From: Escherichia coli
GTDB lineage: Bacteria > Pseudomonadota > Gammaproteobacteria > Enterobacterales > Enterobacteriaceae
Assembly (NCBI RefSeq): GCF_016026235.1
Contig: NZ_CP065613.1
DNA: 64,000 bases
Strand: one strand, 5' to 3'
Shown in pieces: positions 56,063 through 64,000 of the stretch. Position 1 is the first letter of the stretch. Each line of letters opens with the position of its first letter. The notes beneath the pieces were generated by a model, which was given only the letters and a program-made list of their open reading frames with translations, was not told the origin of the DNA and searched no databases. The translations under genes and the position numbers were made by a program.

Positions 56063-56938
56063 ATGACCAGTAGCTATCTGCATTTTCCGGAGTTTGATCC
56101 GGTCATTTTCTCAATAGGACCCGTGGCGCTTCACTGGTACGGCCTGATGTATCTGGTGGGTTTCATTTTTGCAATGTGGCTGGCAACACGTCGGGCGAAT
56201 CGTCCGGGCAGCGGCTGGACCAAAAATGAAGTTGAAAACTTACTCTATGCGGGCTTCCTCGGCGTCTTCCTCGGGGGACGTATTGGTTATGTTCTGTTCT
56301 ACAATTTCCCGCAGTTTATGGCCGATCCGCTGTATCTGTTCCGTGTCTGGGACGGCGGCATGTCCTTCCACGGCGGCCTGATTGGCGTTATCGTGGTGAT
56401 GATTATCTTTGCCCGCCGTACTAAACGTTCCTTCTTCCAGGTTTCTGATTTTATCGCACCACTCATTCCGTTTGGTCTTGGTGCCGGGCGTCTGGGCAAC
56501 TTTATTAACGGTGAATTGTGGGGCCGCGTTGACCCGAACTTCCCGTTTGCCATGCTGTTCCCAGGCTCCCGTACAGAAGATATTTTGCTGCTGCAAACCA
56601 ACCCGCAGTGGCAATCCATTTTCGACACTTACGGTGTGCTGCCGCGCCACCCATCACAGCTTTACGAGCTGCTGCTGGAAGGTGTGGTGCTGTTTATTAT
56701 CCTCAACCTGTATATTCGTAAACCGCGGCCAATGGGAGCTGTCTCAGGCTTGTTCCTGATTGGCTACGGCGCGTTTCGCATCATTGTTGAGTTTTTCCGC
56801 CAGCCCGACGCGCAGTTTACTGGTGCCTGGGTGCAGTACATCAGCATGGGGCAAATTCTTTCCATCCCGATGATTGTCGCGGGTGTGATCATGATGGTCT
56901 GGGCATATCGTCGCAGCCCACAGCAACACGTTTCCTGA
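56063..56938 (+). CDS. lgt: Prolipoprotein diacylglyceryl transferase, 291 aa
   Basis: Sequence [31 protein letters not shown]... Confidence 0.95.
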
Positions 56939-56944
56939 GGAACC

Positions 56945-57739
56945 ATGAAACAGTATTTAGAACTGATGCAAAAAGTGCTCGACGAAGGCACACAGAAAAA
57001 CGACCGTACCGGAACCGGAACGCTTTCCATTTTTGGTCATCAGATGCGTTTTAACCTGCAGGATGGATTCCCGCTGGTGACAACTAAACGTTGCCACCTG
57101 CGTTCCATCATCCATGAACTGCTGTGGTTTCTGCAGGGCGACACTAACATTGCTTATCTACACGAAAACAATGTCACCATCTGGGACGAATGGGCCGATG
57201 AAAACGGCGACCTCGGGCCAGTGTATGGTAAACAGTGGCGCGCCTGGCCAACGCCAGATGGTCGTCATATTGACCAGATCACTACGGTACTGAACCAGCT
57301 GAAAAACGACCCGGATTCGCGCCGCATTATTGTTTCAGCGTGGAACGTAGGCGAACTGGATAAAATGGCGCTGGCACCGTGCCATGCATTCTTCCAGTTC
57401 TATGTGGCAGACGGCAAACTCTCTTGTCAGCTTTATCAGCGCTCCTGTGACGTCTTCCTCGGCCTGCCGTTTAACATTGCCAGCTACGCGTTACTGGTGC
57501 ATATGATGGCGCAGCAGTGCGATCTGGAAGTGGGTGATTTTGTCTGGACCGGTGGCGACACGCACCTGTACAGCAACCATATGGATCAAACTCATCTGCA
57601 ATTAAGCCGCGAACCGCGTCCGCTGCCGAAGTTGATTATCAAACGTAAACCCGAATCCATCTTCGACTACCGTTTCGAAGACTTTGAGATTGAAGGATAC
57701 GATCCACATCCGGGCATTAAAGCGCCGGTGGCTATCTAA
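56945..57739 (+). CDS. thyA: Thymidylate synthase, 264 aa
   Basis: [28 protein letters not shown]... classic ThyA. Confidence 0.95.
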
Positions 57740-57760
57740 TTACGAAACATCCTGCCAGAG

Positions 57761-57788
57761 CCGACGCCAGTGTGCGTCGGTTTTTTTT
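57761..57788 (+). terminator. Rho-independent terminator after thyA
   Basis: CCGACGC-CAGTGT-GCGTCGG hairpin followed by T8. Confidence 0.7.
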
Positions 57789-57923
57789 ACCCTCCGTTAA
57801 ATTCTTCGAGACGCCTTCCCGAAATTTTGCAACCTCCTGCAACGGCGTAAATAGTCCGGAAGATGCGCCGAAGAAATAGAAACTGGCCCTCGTCTTTTTT
57901 TCTCCTCGCTCCATACTGCCGGC

Positions 57924-58394
57924 ATGAAAACACAACGTGGTTATACGCTGATTGAAACGCTGGTCGCGATGCTGATTTTGGTCATGCTAAGCGCAAGTGG
58001 ACTCTATGGCTGGCAATACTGGCAGCAGTCGCAACGGCTTTGGCAAACCGCCAGCCAGGCGCGGGACTATTTGCTCTATTTACGTGAAGATGCCAACTGG
58101 CATAACCGCGACCACAGTATCAGTGTTATCAGGGAGGGGACGTTATGGTGCCTTGTGAGTTCCGTTGCTGGGGCGAATACCTGTCATGGCAGTTCACCAT
58201 TGGTCTTTGTGCCACGCTGGCCCGAAGTCGAAATGAGCGACCTGACACCTTCGCTTGCTTTCTTTGGCCTACGCAATACCGCATGGGCCGGGCATATTCG
58301 CTTCAAAAACTCAACGGGCGAGTGGTGGCTGGTGGTTTCGCCGTGGGGAAGACTCCGGCTTTGTCAGCAAGGAGAAACAGAAGGATGCCTGTGA
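57924..58394 (+). CDS. ppdA: Prepilin-peptidase-dependent protein A (type IV pseudopilin-like), 156 aa
   Basis: N-terminal prepilin motif [12 protein letters not shown]. Confidence 0.85.
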   Translation: MKTQRGYTLIETLVAMLILVMLSASGLYGWQYWQQSQRLWQTASQARDYLLYLREDANWHNRDHSISVIREGTLWCLVSSVAGANTCHGSSPLVFVPRWPEVEMSDLTPSLAFFGLRNTAWAGHIRFKNSTGEWWLVVSPWGRLRLCQQGETEGCL

Positions 58395-58948
58395 AAGAGC
58401 AAGGTTTTTCTCTGCTGGAAGTGTTGATTGCTATGGCGATCAGTAGCGTATTGTTGCTGGGGGCTGCACGCTTTCTGCCTGCGTTACAGCGTGAAAGTTT
58501 AACGAGCACCCGTAAGCTGGCGCTGGAAGATGAAATCTGGCTGCGGGTATTTACCGTCGCGAAGCATCTCCAGAGGGCGGGTTATTGTCATGGCAGCTGT
58601 ACCGGCGAAGGGCTGGAAATTGTCGGACAGGGTGACTGTATCATTGTGCAGTGGGATGCGAACAGTAACGGTATCTGGGATCGCGAACCGGTAAAAGAGT
58701 CCGACCAGATTGGATTTCGTCTGAAGGAGCATGTGCTGGAAACGCTACGCGGTGCGACATCCTGTGAAGGTAAGGGCTGGGATAAAGTCACTAATCCGGA
58801 TGCCATCATTATCGACACTTTTCAGGTCGTACGTCAGGATGTCAGCGGCTTCTCGCCGGTGTTGACGGTTAATATGCGTGCTGCCAGTAAGTCTGAACCG
58901 CAAACCGTGGTGAATGCCAGCTATAGCGTGACAGGATTCAACCTGTGA
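58385..58948 (+). CDS. ppdB: Prepilin-peptidase-dependent protein B, 187 aa (start [13 protein letters not shown])
   Basis: Prepilin-type N-terminus [11 protein letters not shown]; overlaps ppdA stop. Confidence 0.85.
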   Translation: MPVKEQGFSLLEVLIAMAISSVLLLGAARFLPALQRESLTSTRKLALEDEIWLRVFTVAKHLQRAGYCHGSCTGEGLEIVGQGDCIIVQWDANSNGIWDREPVKESDQIGFRLKEHVLETLRGATSCEGKGWDKVTNPDAIIIDTFQVVRQDVSGFSPVLTVNMRAASKSEPQTVVNASYSVTGFNL

Positions 58949-59352
58949 ACCGCGAAAAGGGTGTTTCGTCACTGGCTCTGGTCCTGATGCTGCTGGTTTT
59001 GGGTAGCTTGCTATTACAAGGAATGAGCCAACAGGATCGCAGTTTTGCCTCTCGCGTGAGCATGGAAAGTCAGTCATTGCGCCGCCAGGCCATCGTTCAG
59101 TCGGCGCTGGCGTGGGGAAAAATGCACTCCTGGCAGACGCAGCCAGCAGTTCAGTGCTCGCAGTACGCTGGAACCGATGCCCGTGTTTGTTTGCGTTTAT
59201 TGGCAGATAATGAAGCCTTATTGATTGCCGGTTATGAAGGCGTTTCGTTGTGGCGAACAGGTGAAGTCATCGATGGAAACATTGGTTTTTCGCCACGCGG
59301 CTGGAGCGATTTTTGTCCGCTGAAAGAGGGGGCGTTATGTCAGCTTCCCTGA
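58945..59352 (+). CDS. ygdB: Protein YgdB, 135 aa, GTG start
   Basis: Synteny within the ppd operon; hydrophobic N-terminus. Confidence 0.75.
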   Translation: MNREKGVSSLALVLMLLVLGSLLLQGMSQQDRSFASRVSMESQSLRRQAIVQSALAWGKMHSWQTQPAVQCSQYAGTDARVCLRLLADNEALLIAGYEGVSLWRTGEVIDGNIGFSPRGWSDFCPLKEGALCQLP

Positions 59353-59660
59353 AGAATCAACAAGGCTTTAGCCTGCCGGAGGTAATGTTGGCGATGGTGC
59401 TGATGGTGATGATTGTCACTGCGTTATCGGGTTTCCAGCGAACATTAATGAACAGTCTTGCCAGCAGAAACCAGTACCAACAGCTCTGGCGGCATGGTTG
59501 GCAGCAAACGCAACTGCGCGCGATTTCGCCACCTGCCAACTGGCAGGTCAACCGAATGCAGACATCGCAGGCGGGATGTGTCAGCATCAGCGTTACGCTA
59601 GTTTCACCCGGGGGCAGAGAAGGCGAGATGACCCGCCTGCATTGCCCGAATCGTCAGTAG
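59337..59660 (+). CDS. ppdC: Prepilin-peptidase-dependent protein C, 107 aa (start [16 protein letters not shown])
   Basis: Prepilin-like N-terminus [11 protein letters not shown]; synteny upstream of recC. Confidence 0.8.
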   Translation: MSASLKNQQGFSLPEVMLAMVLMVMIVTALSGFQRTLMNSLASRNQYQQLWRHGWQQTQLRAISPPANWQVNRMQTSQAGCVSISVTLVSPGGREGEMTRLHCPNRQ

Positions 59661-59672
59661 TCAGGAGCCGCT

Positions 59673-62600
59673 ATGTTAAGGGTCTACCATTCCAATCGTC
59701 TGGACGTGCTGGAAGCGTTGATGGAGTTTATTGTCGAACGCGAACGGCTGGACGATCCTTTCGAACCAGAGATGATTCTGGTGCAAAGTACCGGTATGGC
59801 ACAGTGGCTGCAAATGACCCTGTCGCAAAAGTTTGGTATTGCGGCAAACATTGATTTTCCGCTGCCTGCGAGCTTTATCTGGGATATGTTCGTCCGGGTG
59901 TTACCGGAGATCCCCAAAGAGAGCGCCTTTAACAAACAGAGCATGAGCTGGAAACTGATGACTCTGCTGCCGCAATTGCTGGAGCGCGAAGACTTTACCC
60001 TGTTGCGGCATTATCTGACTGACGATAGCGACAAGCGAAAGCTGTTCCAGCTTTCCTCAAAAGCGGCGGACCTGTTTGACCAGTATCTGGTCTATCGTCC
60101 GGACTGGCTGGCACAGTGGGAAACAGGACATTTGGTTGAAGGGCTGGGAGAGGCACAGGCCTGGCAAGCGCCGTTGTGGAAGGCGCTGGTGGAATATACA
60201 CATGAACTCGGACAACCGCGTTGGCACCGCGCCAATCTCTATCAGCGCTTTATCGAAACGCTGGAGTCCGCGACGACCTGCCCGCCGGGGTTACCTTCGC
60301 GCGTCTTTATATGCGGTATTTCCGCGTTACCGCCTGTTTATCTCCAGGCGCTCCAGGCGCTGGGTAAACATATTGAAATCCATCTCCTGTTTACCAACCC
60401 CTGCCGTTATTACTGGGGCGATATTAAAGATCCTGCTTATCTGGCGAAACTGCTGACCCGTCAGCGTCGACACAGTTTTGAAGATCGCGAATTGCCGCTA
60501 TTTCGCGATAGCGAAAATGCCGGACAGCTCTTTAACAGCGATGGTGAACAGGATGTCGGCAACCCGCTGCTGGCTTCATGGGGTAAGCTTGGGCGCGACT
60601 ACATTTATCTCCTTTCTGATCTGGAGAGCAGCCAGGAGCTGGACGCTTTTGTCGATGTCACGCCAGATAACCTGCTGCATAACATTCAGTCTGACATTCT
60701 GGAACTGGAAAACCGCGCCGTTGCTGGTGTGAACATCGAAGAGTTTTCCCGTAGCGATAACAAACGCCCGCTTGATCCACTGGATAGCAGTATCACCTTC
60801 CACGTTTGCCATAGCCCGCAGCGTGAAGTTGAAGTTTTGCACGATCGCCTGCTGGCGATGCTGGAGGAAGACCCGACACTTGCTCCGCGCGACATCATCG
60901 TGATGGTGGCCGACATCGACAGCTACAGTCCGTTTATTCAGGCAGTGTTTGGTAGCGCACCTGCGGATCGTTACCTGCCTTACGCCATTTCCGACCGTCG
61001 TGCGCGGCAGTCACATCCGGTACTGGAAGCGTTTATCAGCCTGTTATCACTGCCTGACAGTCGCTTTGTGTCAGAGGATGTGCTGGCGCTGCTGGATGTG
61101 CCGGTGCTGGCGGCGCGGTTTGACATCACCGAAGAAGGGCTGCGTTATTTACGCCAGTGGGTCAACGAGTCCGGCATTCGTTGGGGCATAGATGACGACA
61201 ACGTTCGCGAGCTGGAACTCCCCGCCACCGGACAACACACCTGGCGATTTGGCCTGACGCGTATGTTGTTGGGCTACGCGATGGAGAGCGCGCAGGGCGA
61301 GTGGCAATCGGTTCTACCTTATGATGAATCGAGCGGCTTAATTGCAGAACTGGTGGGGCATCTGGCTTCACTGCTAATGCAGCTAAACATCTGGCGTCGC
61401 GGGCTGGCACAGGAGCGTCCGCTGGAAGAGTGGTTGCCGGTTTGTCGCGATATGCTCAACGCCTTCTTCCTGCCGGATGCGGAAACCGAAGCGGCGATGA
61501 CGCTGATCGAACAACAATGGCAGGCGATTATCGCCGAAGGTTTAGGTGCGCAGTATGGCGATGCGGTGCCGCTGTCACTATTGCGTGATGAACTGGCACA
61601 GCGCCTGGATCACGAACGTATCAGCCAGCGTTTTCTCGCCGGGCCTGTTAACATTTGTACTCTGATGCCAATGCGTTCAATTCCGTTCAAAGTGGTTTGC
61701 CTGCTGGGAATGAACGACGGCGTTTATCCACGTCAGCTTGCGCCATTGGGCTTTGACCTGATGAGCCAGAAACCGAAGCGTGGCGACCGTAGCCGTCGCG
61801 ATGACGACCGCTACCTGTTCCTGGAAGCGTTAATTTCCGCGCAGCAAAAACTCTATATCAGCTATATCGGGCGTTCCATTCAGGATAACAGTGAACGTTT
61901 CCCGTCGGTACTGGTGCAGGAACTGATCGACTACATCGGGCAAAGTCATTATCTACCGGGCGATGAAGCGCTCAACTGTGATGAAAGCGAGGCAAGGGTA
62001 AAAGCGCATCTTACTTGCCTCCATACCCGGATGCCGTTTGATCCACAAAACTACCAGCCAGGCGAACGACAAAGCTATGCTCGTGAATGGCTACCTGCGG
62101 CCAGCCAGGCTGGTAAAGCACATTCTGAATTTGTTCAGCCGCTGCCGTTTACCTTACCGGAAACCGTGCCGCTGGAAACGCTACAACGATTCTGGGCACA
62201 TCCGGTGCGGGCGTTCTTCCAGATGCGTTTGCAGGTGAACTTCCGTACTGAAGACAGCGAAATCCCCGACACCGAGCCATTTATTCTGGAAGGACTTAGC
62301 CGTTATCAAATCAATCAGCAGTTATTGAATGCACTGGTTGAGCAGGATGATGCCGAACGCTTGTTCCGTCGCTTCCGGGCGGCAGGGGATTTACCGTATG
62401 GCGCTTTTGGTGAAATTTTCTGGGAAACACAGTGCCAGGAGATGCAGCAGCTTGCCGACAGAGTCATTGCCTGTCGCCAGCCGGGGCAGAGTATGGAAAT
62501 TGATCTCGCCTGCAACGGTGTGCAGATAACTGGCTGGTTGCCGCAGGTGCAGCCGGATGGCTTGTTGCGCTGGCGTCCCTCTTTATTAAGTGTGGCGCAG

Positions 62601-63041
62601 GGAATGCAACTTTGGCTGGAACACCTTGTCTACTGTGCCAGCGGTGGTAATGGTGAAAGTCGCCTTTTTCTACGCAAAGACGGCGAGTGGCGTTTTCCGC
62701 CGCTTGCAGCCGAACAGGCTTTGCATTACCTCTCACAACTGATTGAGGGGTATCGTGAAGGGATGTCCGCGCCATTGCTGGTGTTACCTGAAAGTGGCGG
62801 CGCGTGGCTAAAAACCTGTTATGACGCGCAAAACGATGCCATGCTGGATGACGATTCCACGTTGCAAAAAGCCCGTACGAAATTCCTTCAGGCTTACGAA
62901 GGCAACATGATGGTGCGTGGCGAAGGTGATGATATCTGGTATCAAAGGCTCTGGCGGCAATTAACACCAGAGACAATGGAGGCAATCGTTGAACAGTCGC
63001 AACGTTTCCTGTTACCGCTGTTTCGCTTTAATCAGTCATGA
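59673..63041 (+). CDS. recC: RecBCD exonuclease V gamma subunit, 1122 aa
   Basis: Size and sequence match RecC. Confidence 0.95.
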   Translation: MLRVYHSNRLDVLEALMEFIVERERLDDPFEPEMILVQSTGMAQWLQMTLSQKFGIAANIDFPLPASFIWDMFVRVLPEIPKESAFNKQSMSWKLMTLLPQLLEREDFTLLRHYLTDDSDKRKLFQLSSKAADLFDQYLVYRPDWLAQWETGHLVEGLGEAQAWQAPLWKALVEYTHELGQPRWHRANLYQRFIETLESATTCPPGLPSRVFICGISALPPVYLQALQALGKHIEIHLLFTNPCRYYWGDIKDPAYLAKLLTRQRRHSFEDRELPLFRDSENAGQLFNSDGEQDVGNPLLASWGKLGRDYIYLLSDLESSQELDAFVDVTPDNLLHNIQSDILELENRAVAGVNIEEFSRSDNKRPLDPLDSSITFHVCHSPQREVEVLHDRLLAMLEEDPTLAPRDIIVMVADIDSYSPFIQAVFGSAPADRYLPYAISDRRARQSHPVLEAFISLLSLPDSRFVSEDVLALLDVPVLAARFDITEEGLRYLRQWVNESGIRWGIDDDNVRELELPATGQHTWRFGLTRMLLGYAMESAQGEWQSVLPYDESSGLIAELVGHLASLLMQLNIWRRGLAQERPLEEWLPVCRDMLNAFFLPDAETEAAMTLIEQQWQAIIAEGLGAQYGDAVPLSLLRDELAQRLDHERISQRFLAGPVNICTLMPMRSIPFKVVCLLGMNDGVYPRQLAPLGFDLMSQKPKRGDRSRRDDDRYLFLEALISAQQKLYISYIGRSIQDNSERFPSVLVQELIDYIGQSHYLPGDEALNCDESEARVKAHLTCLHTRMPFDPQNYQPGERQSYAREWLPAASQAGKAHSEFVQPLPFTLPETVPLETLQRFWAHPVRAFFQMRLQVNFRTEDSEIPDTEPFILEGLSRYQINQQLLNALVEQDDAERLFRRFRAAGDLPYGAFGEIFWETQCQEMQQLADRVIACRQPGQSMEIDLACNGVQITGWLPQVQPDGLLRWRPSLLSVAQGMQLWLEHLVYCASGGNGESRLFLRKDGEWRFPPLAAEQALHYLSQLIEGYREGMSAPLLVLPESGGAWLKTCYDAQNDAMLDDDSTLQKARTKFLQAYEGNMMVRGEGDDIWYQRLWRQLTPETMEAIVEQSQRFLLPLFRFNQS

Positions 63042-63216
63042 GCGCTGTATAAAAATTGCGCAATCTATCCGCTTACTTTATGATGCGCACCAGTCACGGA
63101 CTGATGGTTATATAAACATAGGCTGACTCGTGCAGCACAAGATTAAATTCTGGCAGATGATTTGCGTTAACCTGTTGAATCTGGCCAGAAAATAAAGTTG
63201 ATTATGAGGTCCGTGA

Positions 63217-64000
63217 ATGCCCCGCAGCACCTGGTTCAAAGCATTATTGTTGTTAGTTGCCCTTTGGGCACCCTTAAGTCAGGCAGAAACGGGATGGCAG
63301 CCGATTCAGGAAACCATCCGTAAAAGTGATAAAGATAACCGCCAGTATCAGGCTATACGTCTGGATAACGGTATGGTGGTCTTGCTGGTTTCTGATCCGC
63401 AGGCAGTTAAATCGCTATCGGCGCTGGTGGTGCCCGTTGGGTCGCTGGAAGATCCCGAGGCGTACCAGGGGCTGGCACATTACCTTGAACATATGAGTCT
63501 GATGGGGTCGAAAAAGTACCCGCAGGCTGACAGTCTGGCCGAATATCTCAAAATGCACGGCGGTAGTCACAATGCCAGCACTGCGCCGTATCGCACGGCT
63601 TTCTATCTGGAAGTTGAGAACGACGCCTTGCCCGGTGCGGTAGACCGCCTGGCCGATGCTATTGCAGAACCCTTGCTCGACAAGAAATACGCCGAACGTG
63701 AGCGTAATGCAGTGAACGCTGAATTAACCATGGCGCGTACGCGTGACGGGATGCGCATGGCACAGGTCAGCGCAGAAACCATTAACCCGGCACACCCCGG
63801 TTCAAAGTTTTCTGGTGGTAACCTCGAAACTTTAAGCGACAAACCTGGTAATCCGGTGCAGCAGGCGCTGAAAGATTTCCACGAGAAGTACTATTCCGCC
63901 AATTTGATGAAGGCGGTTATTTACAGTAATAAACCGCTGCCGGAGTTGGCAAAAATGGCGGCGGACACCTTTGGTCGCGTGCCGAACAAAGAGAGCAAAA
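63217..64000 (+). CDS. ptrA: Protease III (pitrilysin), N-terminal part; runs off the right window edge
   Basis: ATG at 63217 gives MPRSTWFKALLLLVALWAPLSQA signal peptide and the inverted zinc motif HYLEH of M16 peptidases. Confidence 0.9.
   Translation, partial: MPRSTWFKALLLLVALWAPLSQAETGWQPIQETIRKSDKDNRQYQAIRLDNGMVVLLVSDPQAVKSLSALVVPVGSLEDPEAYQGLAHYLEHMSLMGSKKYPQADSLAEYLKMHGGSHNASTAPYRTAFYLEVENDALPGAVDRLADAIAEPLLDKKYAERERNAVNAELTMARTRDGMRMAQVSAETINPAHPGSKFSGGNLETLSDKPGNPVQQALKDFHEKYYSANLMKAVIYSNKPLPELAKMAADTFGRVPNKESK

Overview
This 64-kb window reads as Escherichia/Shigella-type chromosome: every ORF over about 100 aa maps to a recognisable family, and I found no evidence for a wholly novel gene system. 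The most interesting content is a decaying type I-E CRISPR-Cas locus and three IS-associated structural changes. All identifications are from reading the sequence and recalling protein families and E. coli K-12 gene order; no database search was run. Left 8.3 kb (minus strand): cas2 (5' fragment at window edge), cas1, casE, casD, casC, casB, casA, cas3. The Cas proteins are a variant clearly diverged from the K-12 set. casC carries an in-frame TAG and cas3 is split by a frameshift, while cas1 and the cas2 start look intact. The CRISPR array itself must lie left of position 1. An IS10-like (IS4-family) element without target-site duplication sits upstream of cas3 and abuts the xdhD end of a large cluster, unlike the K-12 neighbourhood as I recall it. 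9.9-34 kb: the purine-catabolism / putative selenium-dependent molybdenum-hydroxylase cluster (xdhD, ygfM, ssnA, ygfK, mocA, yqeC, yqeB, yqeA, hyuA, ygeY, dpaL, ygeW, sigma54 activator ygeV, xdhCBA), with candidate sigma54 promoters. Then ygeR, tRNA-Gly(CCC), and an IS1 without duplication joined to a 3' remnant of yqeF, implying loss of the ETT2-remnant region. Right half: kduI-kduD (KdgR-box-like palindromes), araE, ygeA, lysR/lysA, galR, tandem sRNAs OmrB/OmrA, aas-lplT, tas, an IS4 with a 13-bp duplication, ygdR, ygdQ, mutH, a 48-aa ORF (ygdT-like), rppH-ptsP, lgt-thyA, ppdA-ppdB-ygdB-ppdC-recC, and the start of ptrA.
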